From: a virus
Strand: one strand, 5' to 3'
Length of the DNA stretch: 64,000 nucleotides
IMG/VR virus record: IMGVR_UViG_3300030104_004631
Span: 1 to 64,000 of that record
The translations under genes and the position numbers were made by a program. Below the pieces are notes generated by a model. It was given only the letters and a program-made list of their open reading frames with translations, did no database searches and had not been told where the DNA came from. Positions within the stretch are counted from its first letter, which is position 1; the number at the start of each line of letters is the position of its first letter. This document shows, in pieces, positions 10,301 through 25,300 of the stretch.

Positions 10301-13300
10301 CTTCCTCAACCAGCAGAAGTTGTTCCTCAAGGAAATATTTTGGTTTCAGTTGACCTTAACAAAGGTAAATCTGATAATGCTGCTGTTTTAAATTCTATTG
10401 GTCCATATACAACAAATATTCAGAACTCGTTCTTTAATACCAACCACGTTTATGTTGCATCTACTGGTATTCCTAATTATTCAATTGGTCCTTTTCCAGG
10501 ATCAGCACTTTTACCAGGAAATCAACGTAAACTTAATAGATTTCCATTAGATCCTCAGACTATTTCCGTTAAAAATGATATTAGTCCTGGTGCTATTGGT
10601 ACTTGGATTAATGGAACATCTGTTTGGTCATATAAGTCAGATGTCACAAAAACTTTTGGACCAGTTACCTCTATTGGTATCACAAATGCTGGTTCTGATT
10701 ATGATGCTTCAAACCCTCCAAATATTGAAATTACTGGTGGATCAGGAACTGGTGCTACTGCTGCTGTAACTGTTAATGGTTCTATTACAGAAATTGTTGT
10801 TACTGCTGGTGGTAGTGGTTATACCTCTTCACCTCTTGTTTCAATTGTTGGTGGTGGCGGATCTGGTGCTGCAGCAACTGCTATTGTTACTAAAGGTGTT
10901 GTCTCCAGTATTCTTATGAATACAAATGGAACTGGATATACTTCTCAACCATCTATTACAATTGTTGGTGGTGGTGGAACTGGTGCTACTGCTACTGCTT
11001 CAGTAAGAGGTCCAGTTAAATCTGTTTCTGTAACCAATGGTGGTGCTTCATATACATCCAATCCTACAGTTACTCTTAATTCTGGTTCTGGTGCTGTTGC
11101 ACAAGCTATTGTAAGTAATGGTAGAATTATTTCTATCGCTATTATTTCTGCAGGAAGTGGATATACGACTGCCCCATCAGTAACTATTCAGGGTGATGGT
11201 TTTGGTGCAGTTGCTCGTGCTGGTATCGATGTTGATGGAGAAAATGCTGGTAGAGTAACAAGTGTTGAAATTATTAATAGGGGTATTAACTATATTCAAG
11301 GAACAACAGTCATCAACCTTACTTCTGTTGGATCTAATGCAACTTTTACTCCTAATGTGTTTAAATGGACTTATAATCTTCAAGAAACTACAACAGTAGA
11401 TGCTGCTAAAGGTTCTGTATTTGCTGGATATAATAATCAATATGGGGGTGAATATGCACATATTTCAAATCCACAAAGATTGAGATATATTCTTGGTGAT
11501 AACCTTTTTGAGCAAGTTGGTACAGGAAATATTCTTGAGCAAGAGGATCAACTCACACACTCTCCTATTATTGGTTGGGCGTTTGATGGGAATCCTATTT
11601 TTGGTCCATATGGTTATTCAGATCCTACAGATCAGTCATCTGCAATTGCAAAATTAAATACTTCTTATAAACTTAAAACAAATTTAGTTTTAGATGCAAG
11701 TACTAATCCAGCACCAGTTAGAACTGCTGGTCCTTTACTTTCTATTGAACCTGCAGGAAGATTTATTGAAGATTATGAATATTCTTTTGGACTTGGAGAT
11801 CTAGATCAATATAATGGTCGTTTTTGTAAAACTCCAGATTTTCCAGATGGAAGATATTGTTATTTCATTACTATTGATAATAGTGACGCAGGAATCGCAG
11901 AATTTCCTTATGTCTTAGGACCAAACTTCAATTCCATTGTAGATTCTTGGAATTTGAATAAAGATGCCATTCAACAAAATATTCCTACTGGAGTTGTAAG
12001 ATATCGTGATCCATATGAAAACGTTGATATTGATGTTGAGAGAGCTCCTAATGTATCTACAAATGCATTAACAACGGAAGATGGTGATATTTTACTTTTT
12101 GATATTGAAGATGAAAATAAAGATGGTGTAATATCTCAAGAAGAAACTGATGATCCCGATCAATTGTTTGAAGAATCTCCTCTTCAATTATTTGATTATT
12201 TCCCGAAAGTTAAATTTGACTCGAAGGTTGATATTGAAGTTGAAACTACAACAAAATTTGAAGATGCTTCAGTAACTGGATTTACTGTTGAAGATGCTGG
12301 TAAGAGTTATCAGGTTGATGATATTCTTGTCTTTGATAATACTAATACTGATGGTAGTGGTGTATCTGCTAGAATTTCTAAAATTAATGGTGAAACTGTA
12401 AGTGCATATACTTTTGAAACTGTTGAAGATCAATTCTTTGGTGTATTAACAACATCTACTCCTCATAACATAGTTGTTGGAGATTCTGCTTTTATTGATT
12501 ACACTCCTGTGATGGATGAAACCAATAAAACATTCATTGTTAGACAATTTAAAGGTATTGAACAAATTACGATTGATCAAGCGGGATCTGGATATGATTC
12601 TGAAATTCCTCCTACTATTACTATCGATGGTGATGGGCAATCTGGTGAATTAAGAGCAAATGTAACTTCTACTGGTGCAATTAATGTTGTTGATATTGTA
12701 AACTCTGGTTCTGGGTATACTAAGAACCCTCGTGTTATCCTTTCTCATCCACAGGTGTTTAAGAGAGCAGATTACTATGTTTCTTTAATTCAGCATGAAA
12801 ATTATGTTAAAATTAATGATGTAGTTGCAAATGATCAAAAAGAAGTATTTTTCTGTGGAAAAACTCTTGATGCAGGTGGTCTTGAAGTTGCATTTGTTGC
12901 TAAGTTCTCTGAACTTGGTGTTAAAGAATGGGAAAAAACCATTGAAAGTACTGCTGGCGTTAATTATACAGAATTTTTAAAATTAGATGTTAGTGGTAAT
13001 AATATTTGGGTAGTTGGTCAAAATAAACCAAATATAATTTCACTCAGTGCCTATAACCCAGATATTATACTTGTTAAGTATGTTCAAGCAGCTGATGGAT
13101 TGAGTGCATCTCTTAGTTTCCAGAAGGGATATGCAGGTATTTCTGGTTCAACTAGATCTGATAATATTACTACAGTTAAGAAATATTCTGATACTCGTTA
13201 TATTATTGGTGGTTATACTAATACCAATTCTGCCAATCCTCAAGATGCATTTATAGCATCTATTGATTCTGCAGGAAGTTTTGCTGCAAAAAGAAAATTA

Positions 13301-16300
13301 GCATCTGCTTCTGGATCGGAAAAAATTACTGATTTGATTGTACTTAATGATGCAGTTTATTTCATCATGGAAACTTCTGCTACTGATGGTGCAGCAGATT
13401 CAAAACTTGCTTTTGGTAAGGCACTTGTTGGTACTTCTGAAATCACAATTGAGTGGATTAAAGAAATTAATAATGTCGCTTACTCCTTTAGAGATACTAG
13501 TTTAGTTGTTGATGAATTTGATGAGTTTTATATCACATCAACTCTTGCTTTAAAAACTGATAATACTGTTAAAGATGGTTTCTGGGTTGGTAAAATTGAT
13601 ACTACTGGTGATTTGATTTGGAATTATCGTTATGCAGTTGCTTCAGGTAATAGTATTGAACTTGCTTCTAGAAGCACCATTGATATTTTTGGTGAATTAA
13701 ATATTGCTTTTACTAAAACCAATACTACTACTAATTTAAAAACAGTTGATACTGTAAAAATTAGTTATAATGGTACACTTAAAAAACATACTAATACTGC
13801 TTTTGATCGAAATAATATTGAAGGTATTACTGCTAATGCTATTACTGTAGACAATTCTGGAGATCCATACGTATTTGGTCAAACACAATGGAACAGAAAT
13901 GAATTCCTGTTTGATTTTACTACAGGTGGTAGTCAAACTACAGATATTACTGGTCACTATACCCCAACTATTGTCCAAGCAGGTGATTCGGTAAGATTCC
14001 TTGGAAATTATGCATTTATTCAGGGATATCAAACTGCATCTCCTAGTACTTGGGAAAATGCTGCTATTAAAATTCCTGCAGCATCTCTAGGAACAAAATT
14101 AAATGATAGTTGGACTCTTGAGTTCATGCTTTATAAGAATGGATCTGAATATCAGTCGCATAGTCAAACTCAATATACTTTATTGAATATTGGTGATGCA
14201 ACAGATGCTACTGGTGGTCTTTGGTTGTATTATGATGATTCGAGTGGTAAATTAGAATTAGTAGTTACAAATAGTTCAACAGCAATTAATTCTGCTGGTG
14301 GTGCTCTTCAGTCTACAGCAACAACAATGTTTGCTAATAATTCTTGGCAGTTCATTGGAGTTAAAAAAGATGTTAATACATTTACTGTGTATGTAAATGG
14401 TATTTCTGTATTAACTGGTACTATTGCTTCTACAGCACTTGGTGGTAAAGATATTCATATTGGTAATATTCCTGGTAAAAATGGTACTGTAACTCAATTC
14501 CGTAAGAATGAGCAGTTCCAAGGATATATTGATAATCTTCGTTTAAGGAACCGTGCAGTAACTCCTACAGTTCCTTCTGATGTAACTACTCTTCCACCTA
14601 TAGCTTCTTATGCTTTAGCATATAATTGGACAGATGATGCTTGGTTTACCAATTATCTTGAAAGATATGATTATATTGATTATGTTGGTTTTGGATTAAA
14701 ATCTGATAAAGATTCTGATTCTGATAGACTTGGAGATAAAGGTTTACAAACTAATACTCAAATTGGATTTGTTAGAACTGCAATTACACCAGTTACAGGG
14801 TCTACTTTAACCGTAACTAATACAACATTTGCTCTTGGAAGTGTTGGTCTTCAAGGTCTTGATTTTGAAGATGCTACGATTAATATGACTGAGAATACTG
14901 AGTCTCTTGCGTATAGTAATGATGAATGGAGTTCTAGAACAGCAACAGTACCTTCTCCTGGATCTAAGAAACTCAAGATTTCAGCAGAGATTAATAATCG
15001 TTATTATATGAAAACGACGAATACTCTGAAAATTGATAATATCCAAGAAATTACACTCAACCAAAACTTTAATATTACTATTGGATCTAAACTTGTTCTG
15101 AATAATACTTCTGGTTCGTTTATTAATAGTGGTTATGTTTTAAGAAAAGATACTACTAATAATAAAGTATACTTAGCAGTAAATAACAACGCTTGGTCGG
15201 ATGATTTAAATACAGGTCGTTTGTCTACAGCACAATTTGATGAATCCAGTAGTTATGGAATTGTTGGATCTACTCCTAGTGATGTTAATGTTATTACTAA
15301 TTATAATTTCGTTGATAAAATTAATACAACACCTGGAACATTTGATTTCGATCTTGCTGATTATAATTTAGATAAAACTGCTGCTACTACTGGTAATGGA
15401 AACCTTGATGAATTTGCAACATTCAAACCATTTGCCATTGCTGATTATAAAGTAAAAATTGTTGAAATTTCTGGTTCTTCCTCGTTTATTCCTGGATCTG
15501 TAGTTGATATTACTGCTAGTGATATTTCTTTCAATACTGCTAAATCAACAGCACAAATTACTAATTTAACTGGTGTAACTAAGATAACTCTGATATCTAC
15601 ACTTGATAAAATTCTTCAAGCAACTGCAGTAGCAAATACAAATGAAGTTTATGTAATTACTGGAAATAGACATTATTTTTCTGTTGGTGATAATATTAAT
15701 ATTGATGGTAATCCTACTCAAGAAGTTGGTGGAACTGCATATGATGAATATGATGGATCTTTTATCATTGACAGTGTTGTAAGTAATAAGGAATTTACAT
15801 ATAAATTGAGTGCTGTAGCTCAAACAAGTCCAGCTACCACTGCTAGTAATGTTAATATCTTTGCTAAGTCTCCAGTTCTGAAGATGTATTATGGACATCA
15901 ATATCTGTTTGATGTTTCTCACTCTTCTATGTTAGGAACAAACTTATCTTTCGCTAAAGATAATCTGTATAAATTGGAATATTCATTCAACTCTATTGAA
16001 AGAGTTGGAACTCCTGGTCTTACTGGTCAAGGACAACCAACTCCAACTATTAAATTAAAGGTTGACAGAAGTATTGTTACGAATATATCATATTATTTTG
16101 ATCCATCTAGAACAGGAACTGATTCACCTATCGATAGTAATAGTTATTTGGATGTTGTTGATTCTCCATATTTGGGAACATTTACTGTTACAGAAATTGC
16201 TGGTGCTACTATTACTACTGGTGCAACATCATTCAAGTTCCTCTTAGCTAATGAACCTGAGGGTAATGCAAATATCACAACAACTACCTATACAACAAGT

Positions 16301-19300
16301 TCTAAGAAAGCTGTTGGTTCAATCGGTGATATTAGATTAATTAATTCTGGTGGATTCTATTCTAAATTACCTATTGTAACTGGAATTCAATCTTCTAGAA
16401 AAATTGAAAGAATTCAAATTACTGAACCTGGAACAGAATATGCAATAGGTGTATATAATTCTGTTCCTATTTCTGGAGATGGTGAAGGTGGATTTGTAAC
16501 TATTACTGTTGCAAATGGACAAGATGCTGAAGGTGCAACTATTCCTGGTCAAATTCAATCTGTAGACATTACATCTCCTGGTAAAGGATATACTACTGCA
16601 TCTATTGATATTGAATCCATTGAAGGTATTCTTGGATCTGGTTTAACTGGATCTGGAGCAGATATTTCTGTAATTATTCCTGCATTTGGTACTGGTGCTG
16701 TAATTTTCGCAAAAGGAACTAATGTTGGTAAAATTAAGAAGTTAAAAAATAATAACTTTGGTTATGATTATACGCATGATTATACACTTCGTCCTGAAAT
16801 CACATTCCCAATTAATGCTCAGTTAACTTCTACAAGTATTCTTGATAGTATTACTGTTACTGATCCTGGTTCTGGATATTCTCAATCACCTGCAGTTATT
16901 TTAACTGGGGGTGGTGGATCTGGTGCTATTGCTGAAGCATCTATTAGGAACGGAAGAATTGAGAGTATTATTATTAAAGATCCTGGTGCTGGATATTCAT
17001 CTTCACCTACAGTCGAACTTAGATCTTCCTTTAACTATGTTGTTAACCTTGACTTAGGTCTTCTTCAGTTTGCTTTCCCTCATGGAATTGCAAATGGTTC
17101 TGAAGTTACATTAAATGTAGTTGATACTGGAGATGGTGTAGAATTCCCATTATCTTCAGGTGCTACTGGTAGATTGAATGGAACTACAACATATTATGCT
17201 ATTACTGGTACTACCAATTCTCTAGAGAATGATCAAATGAAGTTGGCAATTACTCCAGCAAATGCTGAGTTAGGTGATGGTCTTGCTTTTGTAAACGCTG
17301 GTACTGGTAGACAGCAAGTATTAACCAAGGCTTTTGGTGCTGCTGCAGAAGCAAATGTTATTACATCTACTTTCTTAGAAGGTGAACTTGTATATCAAGG
17401 TAGTTCTTTGACTGCAGCAACTGCTACTGGATATGTGTCTACTAATGAAGGATGGCAGATTGGTCCTAGAATTCTTAAAATTGTAAATTATGATAATAAC
17501 TTTACTAAAGGTGAAAGAATAACTGGTGTTATATCTAAGTCTTCTGGTATTATTAGTGATATTAATATCGCTAAAGGTGTTCTTGAAATTGGTCCTATAA
17601 CTAAAACTACAGGACAATTTGTTGATGATGTTGGTAAACCTTCTGAGATCATTCAGAAGATCCAAGACTCTTACTATTATCAGGACTTCTCTTATGCTGT
17701 TAAGTCTTCTGTATCAATTGGTGATTGGAAAGATATTCTTATTAAGAATGTTCACCCTGCATCATTTAAGGTATTTGGTGAACTTAACTTAGAAGAATAT
17801 GGTTATATTGCAAATAAAGAAATTGATTTTGAACTTACCAAGTCAGTCGAACTTACTAGAGAGGCAGTCGTACCAAATATTCAAAATTTTGCCTTAGCAG
17901 AACCCATTTATTCTGAATTTAATAATACTGAAGTACTATTCCGTCAAAAGAGACTTACATCATCTGAGAATATTTTAACTTCTGTTGTTCAAAGATTAGA
18001 TGATATTTCCAATCAATTTGACGGTGTTAAGACTCAATTCCCACTCACTGTTAATAATGGAACTAATGTTATTGCTAGTGGAGATCAACTTCTAATTGTT
18101 CTTAATGGTGTAGCACAAACTCCAAATACTTCTTTTGAAGTTCAAGGTGATTCTATTGTATTTGCAGAACCACCTCAACCACCTGCAAGTGTGAAATATG
18201 TAAACATCACTATAAATTCACAGGCAACTAAGGATTTAGAATTTTCATTTACTAGTGGTATTTTCCCTAATATTGGTAATAGTCTTGTTGGTGTTGTTTC
18301 TACTGCTAGACTTACAGTAACTAATGTCAGTGGTAATGTAATCAGCGGATTTATTACTCAGGGCACCTTTATTTCTGGAGAGCAATGTCAAGTAGGTGCA
18401 ACAGGATTCTCTGGTACTCTTAGTTCGATTACAGACGTAACCAGCAATGGTTTATTCTTATTCAATGAGAAAGTTACTAATTTAACTGGAGATACAGCAA
18501 AAGTAGAAACATCAAACCTTGAAAGTGGACAGGAAACACCTCTAGGAAAACTTCGTTATAGTATCGGTGCTGCAACAACTGATATTGAGTTAGTAGCAAA
18601 TACAAATGCTGGTGGAGCACTTCCTGCTGGAACATTTACACTTAATGACGATTATCAGATTGGTTCTGAAATTATTACTGTTACTCAAGTTGTAAATGGT
18701 TCTGATTCAACAACTATTACTGTGACCAGAGGAGTTTCTGGTACTGCTGCAGTTTCTCAGCAAGAAAATATTCCGATTTATTCAACAGAAATTTCTATTA
18801 CCAATACTCTTACTTTAAGTAAGACCACAGGTACATACCAGTCAACTCCAGGATTATATGATATTCAATTGGATGATTATATTATTGGTGCTAAGTCTGG
18901 AGTAGTTGCTCAGATTACTGCAACTAGTGCATATCAAGATCCAATAACTAATGAATTTATTGAACAAGTTAATATCTCTGAAGGATCTTCCTTCTTTGGT
19001 CTATTATTCAACAGATTAACTTCTATTAGTTATCCTAACAAAGTTCTTGATAATATTTCCGAATCTCAAGTAAGTATTGTTGATTTTACTGATAATGCAA
19101 CTGCTTTTGATTCTTCATTCCCACCTAGTGAATCCATTAGTAATAATATTTTAATTTATGATAATGAAACTGGTGCATTTACTGATAACGAATATATTAG
19201 AAATTATAAAGTTGATTATGGTAGTGAATATGGTGGTACATTCGGAAATACTGATGAGATTAATATTAAAAAATTAACCTTTAAAAATTCTGTTGGAGAC

Positions 19301-22300
19301 GGATTCTTATCTCGTGGTCAAGTTATCAGAACAACTGACACTAAGGCAGAGATTATTGGATATAATTCAGCACAAAAAACTGCGTTTCTTGGTAAGATCG
19401 GTAGATCTTCATATGATGGAAATGATTATCACACAGCTACATTTGTTGAAGGTGCTCAACTTAATACTTCTAACAAAAAATTTGGTACTGCATGTCTAGC
19501 ACTATCTGCTGGCACATCAGCACACACTTTCGTAAGTGGTGTTACTAATGCAATTATTGCTAGTAATGGTGCTACAGGATCATTTACTGCTGCTACAGGA
19601 ACAACATATGACCCATTCACGGGTGATATGGTTATTGAGATTGGTACTCATACACTTACTACAGCAAATAAAGTAACTATTACTGATAGTGGTGTTGTAT
19701 TTACTTGTGCTCAAGATGGTAACACTGCTAATAAAGCATATCCTAGAGCAACTGATCCTGCATCTGGTTCTGCTCTTACTATTACTGCAGTTACATCAAC
19801 TACAATTACAGTCAATGTTACTGCCGTTGCCATCGATGAATATCTAACTATTCCAACTTCTAGTGAATTTGGATTTGGTACAGGAGCATTTACTATTGAA
19901 TGTTGGATTAAATTGAATACTATTGCTGCTGGTAGTAAGACTATCTTTGATATGAGATCTGGTGCAACTGAACTTGCTCCTTATTTGTATGTTGATGGTG
20001 CAAATATTAAGTATTTTAATAATGGTAGTGTTACTATTACTGGTGCGTCAAATCTTGTAGTGAATACTTGGTATCACATTGCTCTCAGTAGAACTGGTAC
20101 TAGCACCAAATTATTCTTAAATGGTACTCAAGAGGGTAGTACATACTCTGATAGTAGTAACTATGGTTCTACAAAACCAATTAGAATTGGTGGAGATTAT
20201 GCTGGTTCTGCAATTACTGCTGGATATGTTGATGATTTTAGAGTTTCTAATAATGCTCGTTATACTACAGCATTCACTGCTCCAACAGGAGTATTCCAAG
20301 GTGATTCAAATGCTAAACTACTTTTCCACTTTGATGGTGTTGATGGACAAACTTATACTGAAGATTGGTCTGGTGGTGAGTCACTGACTGTTACAGAAGA
20401 GTTTAATAATGATGCTATCTTAGCAACCAATCGTTCTATTGGTAAGCACACTTATAATGGTGGTACTTCATCTAATGCTATTACAATTACTGCTGGTAGT
20501 GTTAATAAAGATGTAACTAACGCAACTTATGATTATCAAACAGGTGTTTTAGTATTAACTATCGGATCTCATAGTTTTACAACAAGTGATACTCTTACTA
20601 TTGGTGCTAATAAGTTATCCTTTACTTGCACACTCGATAATAACGCTACATCACACACTTATCCAAGAACTACTGACCCTGCATATGGAACTGCTTTGGC
20701 AATTACTGCTGTAACTGGTACAACTGTAACTGTTAATGTTGGTGTTGCTTCTAAGGGATTTGCTGGTAGGACTCACAGATATTACGATGCTGCTGATCTA
20801 ATCCTCAAGAATAGTGACTTTATTAAGAAAGAAGTTGTTTATCAGATGAGACAGAGATATCCTGAGTTAGTAATATTAGGAACTCGTTATACACCAACTA
20901 ATGCAATTTACGATGCTGCAACTGGTTTATTGTCAATGACAGTGGATGGTAATACTTTATCAAATGGTGGAACATTAACTCCTGTAACTGCAACTTATAC
21001 TCCTACTACTGGAGTTATGGTGATTACTTCTTATAATCACGGTCTTTCAAATGGTAAGAGAATTAATATTAAAGTTGGTGGTATTACATTCCAGTGTAAT
21101 GAAGATAGTTATGGATCTAATCATCCATATCCTCGTTCAGGAGATCCTATAGCTGGTAAATGGATACCAGTTGCTAACGTTACTCAAAATACTTTCGAAG
21201 TTAATGTTGGAATATCTTCAAACACTACAACTCATCAATTTGAAAGTGCTTTAACTGATGCAATTACTGTTGAAAAAGATAGAATTAAGATTAATGATGG
21301 TGCATTATCATTCACTTGTGAAATGGATGGTAATACTTCCACCAAGACTTATCCTCGTGCTACTGACCCTGCATCTAAACAGGTTGCTTTACCAATTATT
21401 TCTTCTTCAAACACTAATCTAACTGTTAATGTCGGACCTTCTCCTTTAGTTAATTTCCAACCAACTGGTGCAACTTACGATCCTGCAACTGGTGCATTCG
21501 TAATGACGATTACTAACCATACAATTAACACTGGAACACAAATTAGATTGACTGCAGATTCATTTACGTTTACCTGTACTCAAGATGGTGGTAGTGCTCA
21601 GAAGACATATCCTCGTGCAACTGCTGGTGACGGATCTCCCGATCCTGCATACAATACTGCTCTTGATGTAACTGCTGTTGGAACAACTACACAAGATATT
21701 AGCACTGCATCATATGATCCTGCAACAGGTATCTTAACAGTTGATTCTGATGGTGCTCATGGATTATCTACTGGTAATAGAATTCAAATTGCAGATAATT
21801 CATTAACATTCACATGTGCTTATGATAGTAATGCTACAAACCATACATATCCAAGACAAACTGATCCTATTAGAGGTGAGTGGGTTGAGGTAACTGTTGT
21901 TGATAGTGATACATTTACAATTGATATTGGAAAATCTAGTGATACATCTACACACGCATTTGTATCTGCATCTGCTGGTGCCTTAATTAAACAAACTGGA
22001 ACAGTTACAGTTAACGTTGGTGTTTCTTCACAGTCAGATCAGTACGCTCATACATTTGTATCTGCTGCAGCAAACGCAGTTGTTACTGGTGGTAATTACA
22101 CACATAAATTTATATCTGCTGTTGCTAATTCTGTTATTGGTGATCAAGGTATTAACTGTGAAGATGATATTCGTGACACATTAAATGCAATCGTTCAGGA
22201 TCTTCGTAATGGTTCTAATACTCATATTTGGGATGCTTCATCTTACTATGTTGATAGAACAACTACTCCAGTTACAATTGCACAGATTGAACCTGCGGTC

Positions 22301-25300
22301 AAAGAAACATTATTTGCTTATGAAAAAGTTGATGAGATGCTTCAGTACATCATCACAAATACTCTTTGGACAATTCAAGGTGATCATGGATTAACACAGA
22401 AGACTGATACTACAATTACAGACTCTACTTATCCTGCAGGTGTTCATACATTTGTAAGTGGTGTCACTAATGCAATTACTGCTGGCGGTGGAGCATCTGG
22501 AACCTTTACTGCTGCTACAGGAACAACATATAATCCTGCAACAGGTGTTATGGTTATTGAGATTGGATCTCATAGTTTAATAACTTCTAATACAGTTACT
22601 ATCGCTAATGGTGGTGTAACATTCACTTGTGATGCTGATAATAATACATTAGAAACTGCTTATCCTCGTGCTACAGACCCTGCATCTGGAACTGCTCTTG
22701 CTATTACTGCAGTAACTGCTACTACAATTAGAGTTAATGTTGGTAAAGCAGTTCCAACATTTACTCCTACTGGTGCAACTTATAATGCTGCAACAGGTGA
22801 TATGGTTCTTACTATTGGATCCCATTCACTAACAACTTCATCTAGAGTTGCTATTGCAATCGGTGGTATTACATTTACTTGCACAATGGATGGAAATGTA
22901 TCTAATAAATCATATCCTAGAGCAACTGATCCTGCTGCGAATGCTGTTCTTGCAGTTACTGCTGCCGACGCAACAACAATTACAGTTAATGTTGGTGCTT
23001 CTTCTGCTAAAGATCAATATGCTCACACATGGGTTAGTTCTACAACTGATGCTGTAAAGGTTCTAACCTTCACAACAGGTGATTGTGCTGATGTTTATTC
23101 TACTATCGGTAACTTAATAGATATCCTTACAGATACAATAGAGGAAGCAACTGCGAGTCCTGCTATTGACCATCTTGCAACTATTACAAGACTTTTACCT
23201 GCAATAGAATTCCAAGGTGGAGAAGTTGATGCATTAAATGAGTTAGAGTTTAATCTTTCATATCATGATAGTGCAACTGATACTGCTTATACACATCGAC
23301 TTGATCCATCTTCACAAGATAGGTTCCGTGATGCTGCAAACTTAATACGTGAAAATACTTCTGTTATCGTTGATAAAGCAGCATTTGATATGATTGATAG
23401 ATATCCTGATTTGGCAAATGATATGCCAAGAAATGCTGATGGAAGTGGTAATGGTACCCTCAGATGTAAGACTGATTTAGGACTTATTGTTGAAGGGGTT
23501 GCTAAGGATATTGAACATGGTGGTAATAAAAATACTGTAAGAGCTGCTAAATTCTATGTTGATAGTAAAAATGAACTACAGCATATTAGACTTCAGGTTT
23601 GGCAATCTGTATTTGCTCATGACAGACTTGGTGTTTATCTGAAACAATGTGTTACTGGTGATCTCGATTATACTAATACTGATAATATTATTACTAGTGA
23701 CTGGGGAATTACTAATGATGCAATTCAACAGTTTACAGCAACAGGAGCAACTTACGATCCTGCAACTGGTCTTATTGTTGCAACTATTGGATCTCATAGT
23801 CTTCAAGTTGGAAGAGAGATTAATGTTGCAGATGGTTCTCTAACATTTAGTTGTGCTGGTGGTACAGGAACTCATATTTTTGTAAGTGGTGTTACGAATG
23901 CTATTACAGCAAACTCTGGTGGACCATTTACTGCTGCAGCAGGAACTACATATGATCCTTCAACTGGCAATTTAGTATTAGAAATTGGATCACATAGTTT
24001 AACTACAAGTAATACAATTAGTATTCAGGATCTTGGATTGGTATTTACTTGTGATGCTGATAATCATAGTTCTCTCCACCCATATCCACGTTCTACTGAC
24101 CTTGCATCTATTAATACAGTAGGTCTTAATAATGGTGTTCTAGCAATTAGTGCTGTAACTGGTACAACAATTACTGTTAATGTTGGTGCTGTTACTTCAT
24201 CTCAGGTTGGATATCCAAGATCAACTGATCCTGCGTCTGGTAGTAACTTAGAAATTGTTGCTGCTGATGCAACAACAATTACATTTAATGTTGGTAGTAC
24301 AACAAATGTTCAAGCACATACATTTGTAAGTGCAACTTCTAATGGAATTACTACTGTTGGTCAATGTGCAAATGTTAAGAGTGCCATTGACACTCTAATT
24401 ACAACCATTAACGACATTATTGCTCCTACTAGCAACGACTTTAATATTGGTGCTGATAGATTATACTTTAATAGAGAATACATTAGTCAGGAAATTTCTG
24501 GTAGAACTGGTGCTCTTGGATTGCTTGGAACAGAACTTAACTATTCCATCCCAAGTGGTACTTTCGCTGCTCTATCTTACGATATTACTAATTATAGAAC
24601 TTATATTGAAGAGTTTATAATTGCTGCAATTTCAGATCTTCAAACAGGTGGTAATAATAGTTCTATTGCTCAAATGGAAAAATTCTTGGATGCAACTAAG
24701 AAAATTACTCCTGTTGGTGATGAACTCTATGCATTCTTCTTTGCTCATGAATTAATAAAAACAGTAAGTGAAAAAGCAATTAAAAATTTACTCTATACAA
24801 ATGGTGATAGTATATCTGGTGATCAATATGCAGCATCTCATACAAACATCGCTGCATATAGAGATTCAGAATCTCCTACAGATATTAATGAAGTTTGGTA
24901 TAGAATGCGAGATCTTATTGACTTTGGTTTAGATACTCTATTCCCAGGAGATGTTGAAGCACGTAGTGTAGTTAAAAATATTCTTTATAATAAGAATTAC
25001 TATAAAGCAGAGATCGAATCTTTAGTCAATAGTCAATTTGGTGTTTCTTCTTGGGCATACAATTCATTCATTGATGATGTTGTTAACAACGTTCAATATG
25101 ATTACATCACTTCCAATACAGTTGACACACAGACAGCGTATTCTCTTGAATTTAGTTCATTGAGTGGTAGTTTTGTTGTTGGAGAAACTATTATTGGTGG
25201 AGCAACAACTGCTATTGTTTTATATGCTTCTGGATCTAGAATGGTTATTGGAACTGTTACTGGAACATTATATTCAGCAGGAGATAGTTTATCTGCTCCT

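Noticed and set aside
19511-24352. Inteins or IS elements as the explanation for the gp7 insertions
   Set aside because: No C/S...HN-C/S/T intein termini, transposase, terminal inverted repeats or target-site duplications were visible
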